Assembly (NCBI GenBank): GCA_000708835.1
Contig: DF236982.1
Location: 62,001-126,000 of the forward strand
DNA length: 64,000 nucleotides
Source: Klebsormidium nitens
Taxonomy: Eukaryota; Plantae; Klebsormidiophyceae
Direction: 5' to 3'
This document shows positions 26,001-45,549 of this stretch, piece after piece. Below the pieces are notes generated by a model. The model did not search any database. It saw nothing but the letters and a program-made list of their open reading frames with translations, and had not been told where the DNA came from. The translations under genes and the position numbers were made by a program. Position 1 is the first letter of the stretch. The number at the start of each line of letters is the position of its first letter.

Positions 26001-29000
26001 ACCTATCCTAACCGACCCTCGTAACCCTTATTAACCAAACCCCCCCATATGGCGCGCAACGTGCACGGGGGCCGTAATCCATCCTAACCGACCCTCGTAA
26101 CCCTTTGTTTACCAAATCTCCTACCTGCACGTGATGGATGGACCTGGGCACCGTAACCCATTCTAACCGCCCCTCGTAACCCATTTTCGCCAACCCCCCC
26201 CAGGTGTACCTGCATGCGATGGTGCGCGACGCGCATGGGCGCAAGATGTCCAAGACGCTGGGCAACGTCATCGACCCGCTTGACGTCATCGAGGGGATCA
26301 CCCTGGCCGAACTGCACGCGAAACTAGACGCGGGGAACTTGGACCCGAAGGAGGTCGCGACTGCGAAGAAGGGGCAATCTGAAGACTTCCCCAACGGCAT
26401 TGCCGAGTGCGGCGCTGACGCGCTACGGTTTGCGCTCGTGGCATACACGACGCAGGTGGGAAGGGGCTTTGTTTTGGTGCTTATCCCTTTTGGTTTCGTT
26501 TCTTGGGCGGTTTGTGACGCAAAGGAGGAAGAAGAGTCTTTTTGGTAGAGCACAAGCGGCGAAACGGTATGGTCAAAGAGGCGGCGAGTTCAGCTTTTCT
26601 CAGATTTACTCTCGCTTCCTACGCGTTTGGATCCTCATCCTGCCCGCTTGTAAGCACATGAAGCGAACACAGTATTTTGCTTCATATCGCCTCTTACTTT
26701 CTCATAAGATCTTGTTACTTCAATCTTTGCAAACCTCTGGTTCCTTATGATCGATTCTTGGACCGTCAAAGGCTTCTCCCATTCAGCTGCTTGGTTCAGA
26801 CCCTCCGAAGCTTTGTGCTTCAGTGACCCCCAGATCGTTTGTTTTCCGGTCAGTCAGCCCACTCATTGCACTTCAAAGCTTCAGTCCTCTGAACCCGTGG
26901 ACTCAATGTTGCGACCCTTTGAAGCGACAAAACCCCTTTGAATAACCTCTTAGGTCAGCGTTCCAAAAACCCGTTGCAGGCCCGCGACATCAACCTCGAC
27001 ATCCAGCGCGTGGTGGGCTACCGCTTATGGTGCAATAAGCTATGGAACGCCACCAAGTACGCGATGATGAACCTGGGGCCCGACTTCGAGCCGTCGGCGA
27101 CCCTGGACGTGGAGCAACTAGAGATGGGCTCACAATGGATCCTCAGCATGCTCAACCGGGCGGTTGCGGGGACCGTTGAGGCGCTCGAGAAGTGGGAACT
27201 CTCAGCAGGTGGGCATCAACGTTTTAGGGTGTTCAGGCTCCTAAGGTTTCAGGGTTTCGCGGTGAGATGGAGAAGTAGGGATTGCTCTGTATGCTCAGGA
27301 AGGCAGTTGCAGAGACTTGGAGGCGCTCGAGAAGTGGGAACTCTCAGCAGGGGGGTATCAGGACTAAAGGCTTTTGCTTTTCTCGAGGTTTTGTTTCCCG
27401 GGATTGAAGGAGAAGCGGGAGTTTGTACGTATCTTTAGAAACGAGTTTGTTTGCACGGGGTTCTCCTGCTTGTCTTTCACTGGGACTGAAACAGCTCGTT
27501 GTCAAACTGGATCGGAAAATCTTGCCATTCCGGGCGGAGAGGACTCTGACTTACTTTCTTGATATTTTCATCTGGCAACCATTTGCAGCACGTGCGATTA
27601 ACCAAAGTGTGACGAAAAACATCTCTCGAGCGAACCTTTTTGTCACCTCGCCACAAATTAGCTCCTTTGTCGTAGAGACTAACAACCCAGAACCGTTTCT
27701 GTGCAGCGACGACCATTGTGTACGACTTTTGGCAGTACAAGCTGTGCGGCGTCTTCATCGAGATCATCAAGCCGATCATGCAAGGCAGCGACGCGGCCGC
27801 GAAGCGCCGCACGCGCGATACGCTCTGGATTTGCCTAGAGGCTGGCCTGCGACTGCTGCACCCCTTCATGCCCTTCGTCACGGAAGAGCTGTGGCAACGC
27901 CTGCCGAAGCGCGCCGGGGCGGCAACGGCGCAATCGATTATGGTGAGCACTTTCGTTGAATTTGGCGGAGAGCACTTTGTTTGATTGGCGGACCGATGTC
28001 GGACGTTTCGTCAGGCTTAAAGGGGAACTTTGGGTTTTGAAAAGGCTCTAAGCACTTTGTCATGGAGGAGCTGTGGCAGCGCCTGCCGAAACGCGCGGGG
28101 GCGGCCGCGGCGCCGTCTGGGAAAGCTTTGGGACTGAGCGAATAATTGTTTTGCGGAATTGCAATTGCTCAAAGCGTTGAACCCGACAGATTTTGCGTGC
28201 TTTTCGTCTCGGAAGAGGTTCGGCAACGCCTGCCGAAACGGGCAGACTCGCCGCATTGCCTTCAAGCATGGTGAGCACTTGTTCTAGACTGGTGTTCTAG
28301 ACTGGCGGAGCACTTGTTCTAGATTGGTGTTCTAGACTGGCGGAGCACTTGTCCTAGACTGGCGGACCGATGTCGGCTGTCTCATCTGAGGTTACATGAA
28401 AGTTTGGGTTTGAAACAAGCTCTAAGCGTTTGGTCGCAAAAGACCTCTGGCAACTCCTGTCAAAACGGGCAGACACCACCGCAGCGACGTCGAATCTGGT
28501 GAGTTCTTGGGACATTTTGCGTGTCTCCGAATTATGCTTCGTAATCGGTTCCAAGAATTGGATCTCGAAACGCTCGTCCATGCATCATCATCCCTTTATG
28601 CCCTCTGTCACGAAAGAGCTGTGGCGAAACGGGCTAGATTCGCCGCAGCGCCATCGGTCATGGTGAGCACCTGGTTTCAATCACCGAATTCTGCAGTTTG
28701 GAGATTGAAAGTACAGTGCTCTCCTATCACGTGGGTTACGGGACTTATGAAATGCTGGGACTTGAGCACGCCGTTGTCACAGGGGCTGTGGCAAAGGCTG
28801 CCGTAGTGCATGCCACACAGGTATTCTGCAGTGCCGGCTGCAACAAGAAGCTAAACGTATTAACGGATCCACTACGGATTACAGGCTGGAACTAATGACA
28901 GTACCCAAAGTTGAGTCTACTGTTGGGCCTGCCAACATATGGCTCGCATCAAAGCTAACCAGATGTCCTGACAAGCCACTTATTTGAGGTTGCCGCCGTC

Positions 29001-31093
29001 CGGACAATTGAAGGGTAGTGCCGTCAATTCTCCGGTCAAAATTTAGACGATTGGCAGAAGTTCGCGACCGCATCTGGTCGGAACCACATTTATCGATGAA
29101 ATCCGGGCTGCGGTGACGCCACCATTGCTGGTAGCTCTTTGGGACATCTACCGGAATCCAAGTTCAGAACGCTGTTGCACGCTTGAGTTCTCTTCACGCT
29201 CTTAGTCGAAAACGAGCGACGTTCGAAAACGACGCCTGCGCCTCTTTTCGCGCGCTGTGGCGGCAGCGGGTCCGTTGATTGCGGTAGCAATTTTGGAAAG
29301 TGGCAGTTTGGCGAAGGACGTTGGTAGTGAACTTTCAGCTCTTCGATCCCCGAGAACGCTTCGTGTCGTTCGCCACACAGGAGCTCTCGCAGTGCCCACA
29401 AAAGCGTGCAGGGGCACTTACCGTATGATGCATTGAAGCCTCTTCGTTCTTGCGAAATTGGACAAGAAGATATTGAAGAAACATCATACAGCAGAAATGC
29501 GGATCAAGAACCACCCAAAAAACGAATCCCAACCGGCTTCTTGACACGTGGCAGGTGTCAGAATACCCACGCGTCGTGCCCGGTTGGCACCGCCCCCAGG
29601 CGGAGGCGTACATGGCTCTGGTGGACGGCGCGGTACATACCGTCCGGTCCCTGCGGGAGAAGTTCAAGCTGGAGCCCAAGGCGAAACCCGCGCTCGTGCT
29701 CGTGTGCAAGACGGAGGACGCGCGACAGACGCTGCAGCTCGGGGCGCAGGTATGGCAACTACTTTTTATCGTTTCGATGCGACATTGAACTTTCTGTCGC
29801 AGACTGCATCAAGTAGTCACGGTTGCCTTTCGTAAGCAATTGCGCTGTGCCGACGTCTTGGAAGAGCCGCGCTCACATTGCTCGGAGAATGTTTCTGGTG
29901 ACAAATTGCAAGCTTCTTTCGTGTCTGGGTGGTGATTTTCGCTGCAATCTAGCAAAGCAAACGTTTTTTACATGTTCAAACAGCCACATGTGCTCGATAT
30001 GACTCCACCTCTGAGTAATGTGTGACGCTGTTTTTTAGATGGGAGCTCTGAGTCCTTAAAATCCCTAAAACCCCACAACCCTGAAGTGGGCGAAGGGATC
30101 CTGTGACGAACATTAGGACTTTGGCCTCCGCTTCGGACGTCCGGGGTCCTCGGCCCGTCCGACATACCTCCCGCAGCTTACATTCATAACGTAGCTCACA
30201 CTCTTTCGTAAAGTTGCTGCAAGCGAAACGGAAGTCGTCACGCACATTTGTGCATGATCCTAAAGCCTCGAAGAATAGAACCCTAAAACCCCCGTTTTTG
30301 TGCAGGACGTCCGGACGCTCGCCTCCGCTTCGGACGTCCAGGTCCTCGGCGCGTCCGGCGAGCCCCCCGCGGGCGCCGCGGTGGACATCGTCGACGAGAA
30401 CATCCAGGCGTACCTCGTGTTGGAGGGCCTCGTGGACGCGGCCAAGGAGATTGCCAAGCTGGCCAAGCGCAGCGACGAGATCAACAAGTGAGCAAACAGG
30501 GCCTCTGCAGCAGATCTTTCTGGCCATCCAATGGGAGTGTAGTGGTACCTTTCGCGTAAAATGAGGGTCTATATGGGCCTTCTCAGTTACTTCCTTCGCA
30601 TTCAGCGGGACTTCTTGGATGCACAGAGGTAGTTACCGTGAGCGAAAGAGTCTCGACCATCTTCCGCAAAAGGCTTCTGATTCCGAGCAGTGTCGCCAGA
30701 CTTTGGGCAAGGATTCGCTTCTGGGGCGCCTGTGGTGACGGCTCATTATGCAGCCTGCGAAGTGGTTCAGCGAAGCGCATTTCACTTGTGGCGGTGTGGC
30801 GCCAGCTGACGTCAGCTAAGGGAGGAGCCCCCACCAGCTGCATTCCCTGCACTCGTTGAGATTCGGTCCCGCTGGTGCGTGTGACGTCAGTTCCCTGACG
30901 TCATCTGCTCTTCTTGTATTGCAGGCAGCTCGAGGCGCTTGCCAAGAAGATGGCTGCCCCCGGTTACCAAGAAAAAGTCCCCGCAAACGTCCAGGAGCTT
31001 GACGCCAGTAAAGGGGACAAGCTGCGCGAAGAGCTCGACACAATTGCGATCGCACGGCAGAACTTCGAAAAGTTATCGTCCGCGGGTAGCTGA
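17067..31093 (+). CDS. VARS: Valyl-tRNA synthetase, cytosolic type, ~19 exons
   Basis: Exons approx. 17067-17084 (tentative), 17624-17770, 18199-18273, 18565-18737, 19116-19188, 19658-19723, 20083-20166, 20801-20962, 21823-22154, 23138-23441, 23978-24148, 24807-25014, 25336-25533, 26204-26455, 26981-27209, 27706-27942, 29555-29749, 30306-30488, 30925-31093. Motifs: [98 protein letters not shown]. Confidence 0.97.
25950..26203 (+). repeat. Tandem branch-point/acceptor echoes before the ValRS KMSK exon
   Basis: 'ccccaggtgaacctgcatgcaatggtgcgcgactcgcacgggcgc' at ~25952 copies the true exon start (cccccaggtgtacctgcatgcgatggtgcgcgacgcgcatgggcgc). 'ctaaccgaccctcgtaaccc' units recur three times at ~75-bp spacing. 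Confidence 0.85.
28045..28800 (+). repeat. About five decayed copies of ValRS exon-16 3' end plus donor, with an internal ~35-bp tandem array (28275-28380)
   Basis: 'gaagagctgtggcaacgcctgccgaagcgcgccggggcggcaacggcgcaatcgattatggtgagcac' is re-echoed at ~28060, ~28215, ~28440, ~28600 and ~28770. Several copies keep 'atggtgagcac'. Confidence 0.85.
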
Positions 31094-32278
31094 AACGCCC
31101 GCCCGGGGGAATGAGGGCGCGCTTTGACCACGGAAGCAGTTTTGAATTTCGACGAGGAAGGTGTTACCTTTGGGCGAGATTGATTGTTGCATCTTCGGGG
31201 AAGGGGGCGACGGTGCTGTAATGCCTCTGTTGGCTGCCTAGTTGGTTGCAGGGAACCATCTCAAAATGCTCCTGCACGGTCGACACCTTCACAATCATTC
31301 ACCGTACTTGCGCGGTCTTCGCCGCTTTTCTGCAGTTGCTAGTCTGGACCGAATGCATATCGAATGATGTTGCATGTATGTATGAATATGATTGTGGCCG
31401 CAGTCATTTGCTTTGTACTATGCCGGCGGGCACGGAGGTCTTCAATCAGTGCGGTTTCCCTAGCTTCGGCCGGTCAATGACGCATCTGACTCCGTTGCGC
31501 CCTCTCAATGAATGCACCCCATTGACACCCTCATTGCAGCCTGGCATGATTCCTCACTCGTCACCATCATCGATCGAGTATACGAATGTAGGCTTGTGCT
31601 TAAGTTATGCACAGCCAGCTCAATTCAAATGACTGTCATTAGCCCATGTAGCAGGCTACTTTTGAGCATATGCCTATTGCTTTAATTTTGGCACGTGCAG
31701 GTACTGCAAACGCGGCTTCAACGTCCCCGCCTATAGCATGGTGCCTGGTCGCCCAGCGCGCGACGGTCCCATTGAACCGTCATGCCAATTCACGATAACG
31801 GGCACGTAATTAAGTGAATGACAGGCTTCAGCGCGCTGCAGCTAGGTTATAGGTCGCAGCCCAACTCCGCTGACCGGAAACTGAAGTGGGATAATTCAGA
31901 CAGTGGCCAGGGCAGAGACAGAAAAGTGCCGATCAACCGCTTGCAGAGGCTGCAACCGTACGATGAGTCCACGCGGCAACACGTGATTGGAACTTGAGCT
32001 CCGCAAACCGCGACGACCTTGTGAACCTTTTGATTGCTCATGTCACTTGTTTTCGCAGATGCTGACATATAAAAAACATAACATAACCAACTACTCTATC
32101 TAGTGCTGAATCCGGACTACCTAAATTGCGTGCAACATGACGGTTAAGGCTGCAAGGTTAGTGGGCAGCATAAAAGTATAGTCCGCTTCAAGCACTTGTG
32201 GGCTTCGACGCCTACGCGTGTTACTCGCATTGCTGTACCAATTCTTCAATTTTGCAGCATCTTAATTCAGCTTACAAC

Positions 32279-35200
32279 TCAATACCAATATTGCATGGCT
32301 TTGCAGAAGTCCCCGTCGTGGCAATGCACATTTCCCAGCCCGCGCCGTATTCTCAAGATGTCCAGGGAAAAGGTTGACAGGCTACTTGACAGGAAAACCG
32401 TCGACAGGCTGCAAATCGCCTTGTCCAGCATAGACAAGATCTGCAAGAAAGAAGCAGTGATGTTACAACTTACTCGCATGGTCCAAAAATATCTCCTCTA
32501 AGAGACGAAACCTTGATATTGCTTCGATTAGATGTATTTCCATGGCGGATAGTGTACAAAGTATTCCTTACTCGAATATACTTCAAATCAAAACCCCAAT
32601 ATCGATCGCGCTGTTCAGTGAGGGAAGAGACACATGACCTCCCGTTTTGAAATGCACTTGATTAAAATCACGCCTGTTGACACGATCCTGATTATGATGC
32701 GGAGAAAACAACCGAGCTTGAAAGCCACTGGCTATTTCGGCGTTTTCATTTTCACCACTCATGATCTGAAGCCCTTGTGTTAGACCGGGCGCGACCCGAA
32801 TTCTGCGAACTTGACAGCAGTTCGGCATGAGCACCTTTACCGTATTTGAACAGCACGAAGACCTCTCTCAGATGATTGGCCTCCTCTTCTCGATTCAATA
32901 ACCGGAAAACAAATAGCCGACGTCCCTATGCTTTCCCTTGTTAAAGCGCCTTTTCTCCCGCATGATTGAAACGAGTTGAGTAGAGACTTACCAGAGTATC
33001 CTCGTTCCAGTTTGCGCCAAACTGGTTTTCGAGGACGTTGTTCCACGACGCGGCAATTGTGTGGTCATTGTCTAGAACAACAATGGGCACTTGCACAAGT
33101 TGCCTGTGGAAGGGAAAAAGTGGGCGATCGTTGAAGAGGGCGTCAGGGGACCTGTTCCCCCTCAGGCGACGAGAGAGCGCCCCGGGGTGCCCGCTTGGTC
33201 GCAGACGGCCACTTTTAAGATGGTATAAGGGCCGTCATAAACCCCCGGTATAATCGGTTGTCAAATACAGATCTTGGGCAGGGTTGAAAGCAAATTCTAC
33301 GAATATGTCAGTGCCAGGTCGGAGAGCGACAGCCGGAGTACATATGTCTCGACCGATCGCCGGCCACTCCAAGGGGGTAGAAGCACGTGGAATGGCGATG
33401 TGAAGACTTTGTCCCTCAGGACTCATATGCACGACTGTATCTTGAAAATTTGACGCGCTAAGTCTATAGAAAGGCACAACCCCGTCAGCCGAAAGCCGTC
33501 AGCTTGAGAGGAGACAGGTTGCGCAATTTGACAGAAATCGGGATCGCACGTTTTGGAAAAAGTGTTTGCTTGTTGCGCTCTTCCTTAGTTTTGGGCTGGA
33601 AGCAGCCGCTCAATCGAGAAAGAAGGTGCGATGCATAACCTCAATGCTTGACAGCACAGCGGCGTGGCGAACTTGAGAAGCTGAATATCAGGCGGGTCCA
33701 ATTCAACAGCAAAATTCGCTTCCTTATCAAACAAATTCGGAACACTTATATCGCAGCATTTCTTTCTATCTTCTTTCTTGTTCTTCTCTCTCACTCTTTC
33801 TGAATGCAGAAGGCGTCCCGAGATCACAAAATTACCTCTCGGCTTCTAAAGTGATTACTTCCGGGAACTCTGCAGCTTCAATTGAAGGCCTTAGGGAGCT
33901 TTGTCGACCTGATGCCAAGGAAAATCAGACTGATTTGAGTCGAAAACAAAAACTCAAAGGTTGCTTCGAAAAGTGCTGTAGCAAGACGGGGTCGAGAAAG
34001 CGCATGGCATCGCACCTGAGCAAAGCTAACTCGGGAGGGCTCGCATTGGTTGCAGCAAACACAACCTTCATCTCCGGGTGTACTAGGAGCGTGGCTCGTA
34101 TGCACAGACCAACGTCCGTGATAGACGGCATTAAACTGCGCAGGGAAAACACAATTGAAAGAGCGGGCCACTTCATTTTCAGAGGTTTGAAGATTCACAT
34201 ACACAAGGTGCGAACCTTGCCTTGAGAGTCTGAGACCTCTACTAGGACGAGCGGACGGTCCTGGAGAGTGCTGCAAGCCAAGAGTGCTCAAGAGACTCAG
34301 AATGCGTGGAAGGAGAACGTGGACCAAATTCCCACTGTTTGGACACTCCCACTTATAGAACCCTGTCGACCGCGCGCGGGCCCGGGTCGGTAAGTCCGAC
34401 CGGGGGGTCCGGCCTGAACTTGCGAAACTTTGTACCCGGTAGGTTGTACATTGTACCTGCACCGCTAACGGCTGTAGCAAGAGGTACCGGGGAAGTGCCG
34501 GTACTTTGCTGATCCCCAAGTCAGTGCGGCCAGGGAAGCTACATTCTAGGTGCGCAGTCCAGAGTACAAAACGGTGGGGGGTTTGGAAAGGCCCGAATCT
34601 GGTCCACGTTCTCCTTCCACGGCTTCTCTCAGAACGGACGACACCTCCAGCTCGGTGGTTTGACCCACACCGAAGAAACAGCAAGCGTTCGCCCAGAACT
34701 CGACCTCTGCCAGACTAGTAGCCCATGATCCAGGCGCCCGACGATCCCTCGAACTAATCCTGACGCCTGCGCAGTCGCTTTGAAGACACAAATCAAGAGG
34801 CCGTTCGTGCGCCAGAATGTGGTCCCGTTTCCAAGGAAGGGAGGTACGAATCAGTCCCTTAAAGATTTTCAACGTCTGAAGACTTTAAAGGCTGCTTCCT
34901 TCCTCTCCGAATCGAAACAACCAGTTTCGAAGAAGACACACAAGAGGTGCGCTCACTGATCAAATTCAAAAAAGTCGCCCCGCCGGATGTGTATACTCAG
35001 GAACGGGATCGCTCCGAAAAACGCGCGGACGAAGTTCCGCGCCGCGACCATGATCGCCTCGTTCGGCAGGACCGCGGGCGCGCAGTTCTGAGCCGTCAGA
35101 TTGCCTGCCGACGGCAAGGACGAACGATCTGACGGCTGTAGAAGCCGAGCTTTTTTGCTGCGACCCGTGCTCTGCAATGGGCGCCAGGAGGCCCCCTCGA

Positions 35201-37598
35201 AGACGATGCCCGCTTTTCATAGGATTCAAAAATCGGTTTTCCAGGTGTGCAAACTTCCAAGAAGACAAATCAACAAGCACAGAGCTCGGATAGACCCGAC
35301 CGACAACGAGGGAAGGCGGCATACTTTACCTGATTGGAGATTCCAACTGTTAACGATTCCGGTACTCTGCAGAGGTCAGAAGAAAACATTTCAAAGGAGG
35401 AACCAGCGTCTCAAATGACCGGTTAAATGTGAGCAAGAAAAACCCAAGAGTAATCTGTCGAAGTGCGCGAACGAAGTTGTGCAGATACCGACTGGCACCA
35501 ACAGTGCTCAACGTTAAGCGTGCAAAGCTTCAGTCCAACAAGCCTTCTGAACAAGCATCCCCTTCTATATACTGGAAGAGAAGCGACCAATAGCTACAGA
35601 TTTTCTTCATCAATCAGGAGCAAGTCTGAGTGGTTTCGATTCTAAACTTACCGTCCAACGAGCAACAACGCGCGCGCTATCCCCTCGCTCCTCTTCTCTT
35701 ATGTCAATTCCGTAAGGGTCACCGATCGCGAGAACGCCGACGTCATGGAGGGGGGCGTAACGGTCTTGGACCTGTTTTAACGTCGTGATGGCCCCAAACT
35801 CTAAGCCCCAATCGGGGTTGTCCTCATCTTCGTGATAAGCAAACCCTTGTTGGTCAAAGCGCTCCGCCATTTCAACCCGGGACAGGCAATCGGCTTGGAG
35901 GCAGCGAATCGTCACGTTCTCGTTGTGACCTTGCTCACGGTATTCCTGCACGTTGCAATGTACAGCTATCTGCATCAAACTTTGCCATTGGATTTTCACA
36001 TCTCTGAGCAGAGTTCCTGATTGCTGACCATAAGATTGGAGAGTCGACCATATCCGACGGCTCAAGGTTGGAAAACAAATCTCGAAAGTTGGAAACTGGG
36101 GTGGGAAGTCTGACGAAAGACCCGTATCAAGTCAAAGTTGAAAGGATATCGTAGACAATGAATGAAGCGGGACGAGAAGATGGCGCAGAAAACGAATGAA
36201 GAATGACAAGAAGCCGAATGCCTTACGACGTCGTACGAAGTCCATCCCAAAATGAACTGCCTTCACTCTTTGGCGCAATTTGCGGTCTCCAATACCGTAC
36301 ACAAACCGTAACAGCGAGCTCTGCTTAAAAGCTAGCCACAAGAAACCTTTCATCTTGCGGAGCCCTTCCTAGCGCATGCCTCCAAGGTTCGTGGTAATAG
36401 CACCAGCCCTTACATTTGCAAGTGCTGCGATTGCTTTTAAATATCGAATCTCAGAAATTTGGCGAAACAGATCAGCGCCTCACCTCAAGGGTCAAAATGA
36501 TAGGAACTTTATCGCTGTTCGCTCGTTGACTCTCGGGCGTGAAGCACCGTTTGACCCGTGGCATGTCAAGAGCAGTCGTGTAATTAAACTGAAAGTCCTC
36601 TTGGGGCCAGATCAGGGTACGGCCTAGGAGTGCACTTATTGTCATGAACTTCATGTGGCAGATGAGTCGGTTGGTGAATTTCCCCATCAGGCACCACGCT
36701 AGCAAGTACTTGTCAGGCCGTGGGTTCCATTCAAGGCTGCAACCAAAACAGGCCATTGCTCAGAGCTGAGAAAGGCTTCAAAAAAGCCAGTAGTACATAT
36801 CATTGAAGTACTGTTCTTGACTTTGAAAGCTTGGGAAAAGGAAGGATGGAGTCCCGTACCCGGGAAAAGTAAGGATGGAGTCCCGTACCCCGACGTAGAC
36901 TTGTTTGCTGGCTGTGAATGGTCATTCTTGGTGCTTGGCCCGTGCTTAGACCCAGTGTTGTTGTACCCTTTTAGCAGATGGCAAGGAAGGTGCTGCATCA
37001 CTGAAGCGCAGCGCAAAAACGGCGCTCCAGAAAAAAACTGTGCCAACAGACCTCAACTCTGATGAGGGATAGTGGAAGGTCGCACAGCTGACATGTTTCT
37101 CAGTGAATTGGAGACTAGCATTGGTTCTACTTTCCTGTCTTTCTCTATCTGGCTGATCTGTTGTCATTTGTCATCAACCCCCCCCCCAGTGCCTGGGGCT
37201 AGCCCATCATTTCAGCAGATTCATAGCAGTACGGAGTGAGAACAACAAAAGCCTCACCTCTTTCGAACCCTCTTCTCTTCCTCTTGGGTATCGTTGTATG
37301 CCCCTCTGCACGTAGTACTGACATAGTGCTCTGGATTCTCCACGAGCTGCGGTTGCGGTAGCTGCGGTTGCGGTGGTAACTTCAGAGGAACATCAGGGGG
37401 AGAGTGAGCCACAATCTGGAAAGGCGTGCAATTGCAAATCACGGTGCGCTCTACTTGCTCTGCCAGCTTAAACTGGCCACTGTCGGTTCGGAGCACGAAT
37501 CCAACCGATAAAACGAGACAGATGACCAGGACTAGCAGAGCCGCTATAGTGGTGCAAGGGGGTAGCAATGCAGATCTCATGATGGGAGTCTTTCCCAT
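32279..37598 (-). CDS. Plant-type O-fucosyltransferase family (GT68-like) type II membrane protein
   Basis: Exon 1 (37598-37258) has an N-terminal TM anchor and Pro-rich stem. Later exons give LEWNPRPDKYLLAWCLMGKFTNRLICHMKFMTISALLGRTLIWP, VLAIGD, FLSIHIRRGDF, VVFAATNA and SMLDKAICSLSTVFLSSSLSTFSLDILRIRR (last exon 32440-32279). These match the GDP-fucose O-FucT fold motifs (HxRRxD; STFS). Exon phases are consistent. Confidence 0.85.
34306..34620. mobile_element. MITE-like element in an O-fucosyltransferase intron
   Basis: Terminal inverted repeats gtggaaggagaacgtggaccaaattc (34306-34331) and gaatctggtccacgttctccttccac (34595-34620) are 25/26 complementary, with weaker subterminal complementarity. 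There is no coding capacity and I see no clear TSD. Confidence 0.6.
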
Positions 37599-38908
37599 TG
37601 CCAATCTTTGAGGATTCAACACGCGTTATTGCCTACAAAGGTCGGCTAGCTGCATTATCTAGCGCTGTCAATAGACTGAAACATGAATCTGGTATATGGT
37701 GAATGATCGCAGGTGGATATTGGCCTGGAGTGATGCCAATTTGCCGACAGAGAATCCAGTGTGTTTGTTGGTTCTCAAACTCTTGACATTTAAGGTAGAA
37801 ACAATCTGCACCAGAGTTTGCTTTCCTCTTCATTGCGGCAGCTCAAGTGCACGGGCATCACACTGAACAGTGCCCAGCATGAAGCGGAATCAAACAGAAG
37901 ATCGAGACGAGATGGGACGGAGCAACTCTCCTTACAAGTTACAGAAGGGAACAGCGCTCTCCATTGAAATTGGACTGCTGTCAGTGTAGTTGCCAAACCC
38001 TAAAATTTGAGAAAAGAGCGAACCTGAATTACGGCGCTGCAGAGGGCGCCTTCAACGCCAACTAGGTGCGGGCGAACCTGCTGCGGGTGTGGCGCCAAAA
38101 GCCTGGCAACGTTACATAGCGTGATCTGACATATATATAGATCTGACCGTACATCAGAATTCGACGGCCAGGGTTGCGAGTCGTGTCGGCTTCTGGTACA
38201 GTTATCGCACGCATTCACCGGTCAATCTTTTCCGGGGTTTTCAGCAGTGTGCAGTCTGCAGCAGTCTAGTTGCTAGGGCTAGAAATGGCGGGCATCCTGA
38301 GGGAGCATCATGAACTTGGTTCTCTCTTCAGCCTTCACAGGCTTCAGGCGTGAAACCCAAGGACGTTCGCAGTATTTCAATGGCGTGATCCGTGGGTTTC
38401 TATCAAATACTGCTTGCGTGGCTCATCTAGAATCCTGGGAGCAAGCTGATCAAGATCTTTGGATAGACTTGCCTTTCAGCTATTGTCGGAGGCGTACCGA
38501 GCGCTTTGCATCGGCCATGTGTCCTCGGATGTCGGACGTATACTGGCGGTAGTGTGCATCTTCCTTTGAATGCTGGTGCTGCTAATCAACATTCAGTTGG
38601 TAATGGTGCTCTTGATTGGGCTTGGTGAGGACAGCATTGCTTCGAGATAGGAGTCTGGCAGCAGTCTGTATCCTGTGCTCTTTTGAAAGTGGTCACCTGT
38701 TCTAGAGAAGATAGAGGAACTCGCTTTCCAGATCTCAGGTGTGCAAGATCTCACTGAAGCATCTAGATCAAGGAAGGTCTGCTAGAAGCACTACTTCTGC
38801 TGAGATTGCGACAAGGAAGCTCCCGTGCCTAGTTTCTGCGGGTACGGGAGCCCTCAGGTGGACGAAGGAATCTTCAATGTTGACGGGGGGTAGGTTGGTA
38901 TCTGTTTG

Positions 38909-45549
<6,641 letters not shown>

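Noticed and set aside
28275-28380. Short repeat array resembling a CRISPR
   Set aside because: Units are contiguous without unique spacers, derive from an exon/intron junction echo, sit in a eukaryotic intron, and no cas genes are present.
33878-34684. 268-aa minus-strand ORF as a transposase for the MITE-like element
   Set aside because: No DDE or other transposase motifs; it spans intron, MITE and an O-fucosyltransferase exon in a different frame.
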